In this document: positions 60,412-64,000 of the stretch, piece after piece
Layout: each line of letters begins with the position of its first letter
Position numbering within the stretch: the first letter of the stretch is position 1
Assembly (NCBI GenBank): GCA_018335975.1
Contig: JAGXRH010000024.1
Location: 30,738-94,737 of the forward strand
Reading direction: 5' to 3'
DNA: 64,000 nucleotides
Source of the DNA: Ignavibacteriales bacterium
GTDB taxonomy: Bacteria > Bacteroidota > Ignavibacteria > UBA10030 > F1-140-MAGs086
The notes under the pieces: generated by a model
Told to the model about the DNA's origin: nothing
Database searches by the model: none
The model's input: the letters and a program-made list of their open reading frames with translations, nothing else
Program-made: the position numbers and the translations under genes

Positions 60412-61686
60412 ATGAACGAACTCCGCAACATACTCGTCATAGCCTACTACTTTCCTCCAATGGGAATGAGTGGTGTGCAACGAACCTTAAAATTTTTAAA
60501 ATATCTTCCGCAATTCGGATGGAAACCAACAGTGTTGACTGTAACGCCGACGGGATATTTTGCACAAGACGAAAGTTTGCTCGATGAAATAAAAGACAAA
60601 GAAATTGATATCGTACGCGTTGGTTCGCTTGACCCGAATTGGTTGTTCCGAAAAAAAGGAACGGTCGAAATGCCATCGGAATTTGTGCGCAAAATTTTTC
60701 AATTCGGAAGTGACTCAGTTTTTATTCCCGACAATAAAATTTTGTGGAAGAACAAAGCGTTGAATGTTGCGCGGGAATTATTTCAACAGAAAAAATTTGA
60801 ACTCGTCTTTGCAACAGCTCCGCCGTGGACAGATTTTCTCATCGGTCACGAATTGCAAAAAGAATTCAACGTCCCGCTGATTATTGATTACCGCGATTCG
60901 TGGCTCAACAATCCGTTCAAATATTATCCAACGCCGCTTCATCGTTATTTGAATTTTCGGTTGGAAAAAAAAGTGTTGAAGAAAGCGACGAAAATTCTTA
61001 CCACCAATCGCCGCGTAAAAGAATTGATTTTGAAAAAACATCATCACTTGAGTTATCAAGACATTGTGATTCTCTCGCAAGGATTTGACCCGGAAGATTT
61101 TCCGAGTGATGTGTCAACGCCATTCAGCGAGAAACTAAAAATTACACATGCAGGAGTTTTTTACGGTGGAAGAAAGCCGCACACGTTGCTGCGGGGTTTA
61201 CAAAAATTATTTGTATCACATCCGAAGTTGAATGAAAAAATTTCCGTCGAGTTTATCGGCAAGGAACGCGAAGAAGACAAAAAACTTGTTGAAAAAATGC
61301 AATTGCAAAATGTCGTTTCATTTTCCGGTTATGTCAGTCATCGCGAATGTGTTCAACGTTTATGCACTTCTGACGTGTTGTTTCTTTCTGTTGATAATGA
61401 CACGCAATCGCCGGGGAAAGTGTACGAATATCTTGGCGCGCGAAAACCGATTCTCGCAAATGTTCCCGATGGATATTTGAAACAAATGATTGAAGATTCC
61501 GGCGCAGGATTTATCGTTGCACCAAATGATATTGAAGGAATGTCGAACACGCTCTTTCGTTTGCACCAGCAATTTGAAACGAGTATTCTTCCTCTTCCGA
61601 GCGAAGAGTACATTATGAAATTCGACCGCACTCGACTCACCGGAGAACTCTCACGCATTTTTGGTTTTTCACTTCACGCGGATTAA
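60412..61686 (+). CDS. GT4 glycosyltransferase
   Basis: AYYFPP..SGVQR, DYRDSW, PGKVYEYL; start ATG 60412. Confidence 0.88.
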   Translation: MNELRNILVIAYYFPPMGMSGVQRTLKFLKYLPQFGWKPTVLTVTPTGYFAQDESLLDEIKDKEIDIVRVGSLDPNWLFRKKGTVEMPSEFVRKIFQFGSDSVFIPDNKILWKNKALNVARELFQQKKFELVFATAPPWTDFLIGHELQKEFNVPLIIDYRDSWLNNPFKYYPTPLHRYLNFRLEKKVLKKATKILTTNRRVKELILKKHHHLSYQDIVILSQGFDPEDFPSDVSTPFSEKLKITHAGVFYGGRKPHTLLRGLQKLFVSHPKLNEKISVEFIGKEREEDKKLVEKMQLQNVVSFSGYVSHRECVQRLCTSDVLFLSVDNDTQSPGKVYEYLGARKPILANVPDGYLKQMIEDSGAGFIVAPNDIEGMSNTLFRLHQQFETSILPLPSEEYIMKFDRTRLTGELSRIFGFSLHAD

Positions 61687-61688
61687 CG

Positions 61689-61742
61689 CTTCGACTTCGC
61701 TCAGCGTGACGAACAAAATAGTCATCCCGAGCGAAGTCGAGG
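61689..61742. repeat. REP doublet (inverted pair)
   Basis: CTTCGACTTCGCTCAGCGTGAC - 10 nt - GTCATCCCGAGCGAAGTCGAGG. Confidence 0.8.
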
Positions 61743-61764
61743 GAAGACAACTATTGAAATAAAA

Positions 61765-62700
61765 ATGAAAATACTTGTAACCGGTGGTGCAGGATTTATA
61801 GCATCACATATTGTTGATGCGTATATCAATGCTGGACATAACGTTTCCGTTGTTGATAATCTTTCAACGGGATTTGAAAAGAATGTAAATCCGAAAGCGA
61901 AATTTTTTAAGATAGATATTCGTTCGGAAGAATTACAAAGCGTGTTTGCAGAATTTCGTCCCGACATTGTGAATCATCACGCAGCGCAAATGGATGTACG
62001 AAAATCTGTTGCAGACCCAAGTTTTGATGCACAAATAAATATTCTCGGCGGTATAAATTTACTGGAATGTTGCAAAGAATACGATGTGAAGAAATTTATT
62101 TTCGCCTCAACTGGCGGAGCAATTTACGGCGAACAAGATTATTTTCCCGCCGATGAACAACATCCGCAAAGACCGCTTTCTCCGTACGGTATTGCAAAAC
62201 TTACAACGGAAAAATATTTATTCTACTACAATCAAGTTTTTGGTTTGAATTATACTGCGCTTCGATACGCAAATGTGTATGGTCCGCGACAAAGCACAAT
62301 GGGCGAAGCGGGAGTTGTTGCAATCTTTGCATCGAAATTGTTGAAAGGCGAACAACCGATTATCAACGGCGATGGAATGCAAACGCGCGATTATGTTTTC
62401 GTGGAAGATGTTGTGCAAGCAAATCTTCTCGTGTTGAATGATTCCGCTTCTACCGAATACAACATCGGAACGGGAATTGAAACAAACGTGAATGAACTTT
62501 TCAACACAATAAAAAAAATTTGTAACTCCAACGCAGAAGAAAAACACGGCGAAGCAAAAGCGGGAGAACAAAAACGCAGCGTTCTTACTTCTAAAAAAAT
62601 TTCTGAAAAACTTGGTTGGAAACAAACGGTAAAGGTTGAAGAAGGATTGAATCGAACAGTTGAATATTTCAAACAATTAAAAATGAAAAGTGAAAAATGA
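61765..62700 (+). CDS. NAD-dependent sugar epimerase (UDP-glucose 4-epimerase-like)
   Basis: TGGAGFI, YGIAK (YxxxK), NVYGPRQ. Confidence 0.92.
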   Translation: MKILVTGGAGFIASHIVDAYINAGHNVSVVDNLSTGFEKNVNPKAKFFKIDIRSEELQSVFAEFRPDIVNHHAAQMDVRKSVADPSFDAQINILGGINLLECCKEYDVKKFIFASTGGAIYGEQDYFPADEQHPQRPLSPYGIAKLTTEKYLFYYNQVFGLNYTALRYANVYGPRQSTMGEAGVVAIFASKLLKGEQPIINGDGMQTRDYVFVEDVVQANLLVLNDSASTEYNIGTGIETNVNELFNTIKKICNSNAEEKHGEAKAGEQKRSVLTSKKISEKLGWKQTVKVEEGLNRTVEYFKQLKMKSEK

Positions 62701-62753
62701 AAAATGTTTTCTATTTTTTAACTTTTCATTTTTAATTTTGCATTTCGTTGAAA

Positions 62754-63710
62754 ATGAATATTTCCCAACTTGCAGAACAAATACAGATTGGAGAACGCCG
62801 TTCAATCGCACGAGGTATTTCTCTCGTCGAAAACGAATCGCCGCAAGCATTGGAACTTTTGCGTTTACTATTTCCGAAAACAGGAAACGCTTACCGAATT
62901 GGAATTACCGGTCCGCCGGGAGCGGGAAAAAGTACCATCACAAATAAACTTGCTTTCCTCTACGCAAATCAAAATAAAAAAGTTGGCATCATCGCAGTTG
63001 ACCCGACAAGTCCGTTTACCGGAGGAGCATTGCTTGGCGATAGAGTGCGAATGACCGATGTGGAAATGAACGCGAATGTTTTTATTCGTTCAATGGCATC
63101 GCGTGGTTCGTTGGGAGGACTTTCAAAAAAAACAAAAGAAGCCGCAGATATTTTTGATGCCGCAGGATTTGAAATTATTCTGCTTGAAACCGTTGGCGTT
63201 GGACAATCGGAACTCGATATTGTGAGCGCAGCAGATACAACCGTTGTGGTGCTTGTTCCCGAAAGCGGCGATTCAATTCAAGCAATGAAAGCGGGATTGA
63301 TGGAGATTGCAGATTTTTTTGTGCTGAACAAAAGCGATAGACCGGGGGCGGAACAAGCAGTTATGTCTATTAAAACTGTTTTGGGATTAGCAACTCGTTA
63401 CGCGCAGCACACGGAAGAAACGTGGATTCCCGATGTTATTTCTACGGTGGGAAATGAAGGGAAAGGAATTGAAAAAATTGCAGAGATGATTACAAAACAC
63501 CGAACTTCGCTTGAACGAACAAACCAACTCACGAATAAACGGAGTGAACGCATTGAAGAACGCATCCGCGAACTTGTTACCGAAAAACTCCACCAAAATT
63601 TTTGGAATGAGTCGCGCGAAACGATGTTGAGAAACGAAATTGCTTCTGTTCTCTCGCACCAACGTACGCCGTACGATGCGGTGGAAGAGTTGGTGGAAAA
63701 TGTGATTTGA
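62754..63710 (+). CDS. meaB: Methylmalonyl-CoA mutase-associated GTPase MeaB
   Basis: GPPGAGKST, AVDPTSPFTGGALLGDRVRM, ETVGVGQSE, NKSD. Confidence 0.94.
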   Translation: MNISQLAEQIQIGERRSIARGISLVENESPQALELLRLLFPKTGNAYRIGITGPPGAGKSTITNKLAFLYANQNKKVGIIAVDPTSPFTGGALLGDRVRMTDVEMNANVFIRSMASRGSLGGLSKKTKEAADIFDAAGFEIILLETVGVGQSELDIVSAADTTVVVLVPESGDSIQAMKAGLMEIADFFVLNKSDRPGAEQAVMSIKTVLGLATRYAQHTEETWIPDVISTVGNEGKGIEKIAEMITKHRTSLERTNQLTNKRSERIEERIRELVTEKLHQNFWNESRETMLRNEIASVLSHQRTPYDAVEELVENVI

Positions 63711-63840
63711 AGTATGCGTTTTCTTAAACCATAAACGGCCAGTCAAATTCCGCCCACCACCACTCCTTCGAACCGTTCATCAACCACATTTTACAAAAAA
63801 CAAAAACTTCTCCTATATTCTCGCTGAAAAATTATTCTGA

Positions 63841-64000
63841 ATGAAGCGATTTCTCTTGAACATATTTTCTCCGTTTGAAAAAGTTTTCCATTTTTTCTTT
63901 CCTCCATTGGAATGGCGATTACCGGCAACGCTTGTGTTTGGAACGTTGCTCGGAATCGGTTTTACCGTCCTGCGCGTTTCTAATGCTACATCCTACTTAT
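63841..64000 (+). CDS. nrfH: Cytochrome c nitrite reductase small subunit NrfH, N-terminal part only
   Basis: Manual translation ...PPLEWRLPATLVFGTLLGIGFTVLRVSNATSYL; haem motifs would lie beyond the window. Confidence 0.7.
   Translation, partial: MKRFLLNIFSPFEKVFHFFFPPLEWRLPATLVFGTLLGIGFTVLRVSNATSYL

Noticed and set aside
116..63746. Numerous 60-200 aa ORFs overlapping the called genes
   Set aside because: Antisense or alternate-frame shadows of well-supported genes, with no recognisable motifs

Overview
AT-rich bacterial chromosomal segment, most consistent with an Ignavibacteriota/Chlorobiota-Bacteroidota lineage (T9SS C-terminal sorting domain, protein style; inference). It is probably close to the replication origin: mnmE, the start of mnmG and a parS site lie at the left edge. 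Most of the window is housekeeping (lipid A/LPS enzymes, queE, sppA, trpF, msrB, ispE, ABC-F, M16/M20/M24 peptidases, pduO, acyl-CoA dehydrogenase, meaB, start of nrfH). There are two accessory blocks. (i) A minus-strand run at 5.4-16.7 kb has rtcB, a TMEM175 channel, toxin-antitoxin genes, a type II R-M system plus a relic of an earlier endonuclease, and an xdhA/xdhB pair split by Fic and TonB_C genes. (ii) An ECF sigma cluster is followed by a Cus-like TolC/MFP/RND efflux operon at 17.4-26.5 kb. Best candidates for undescribed biology: (1) a Cys-containing exported leader ORF whose stop codon can base-pair, through a perfect 12-bp helix closing a four-way RNA junction, with the translation-start region of the efflux operon; (2) pervasive short repeats (~80-bp periodic palindromes, ~21-25-nt mini-hairpins, heptamer tracts, REPs) that border cargo genes and also sit in frame inside core proteins; (3) a lone PD-(D/E)xK-like nuclease before ispE. 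No rRNA, tRNA, CRISPR array or intact transposase/integrase was recognised. All family calls come from motif recognition by eye, without database searches.
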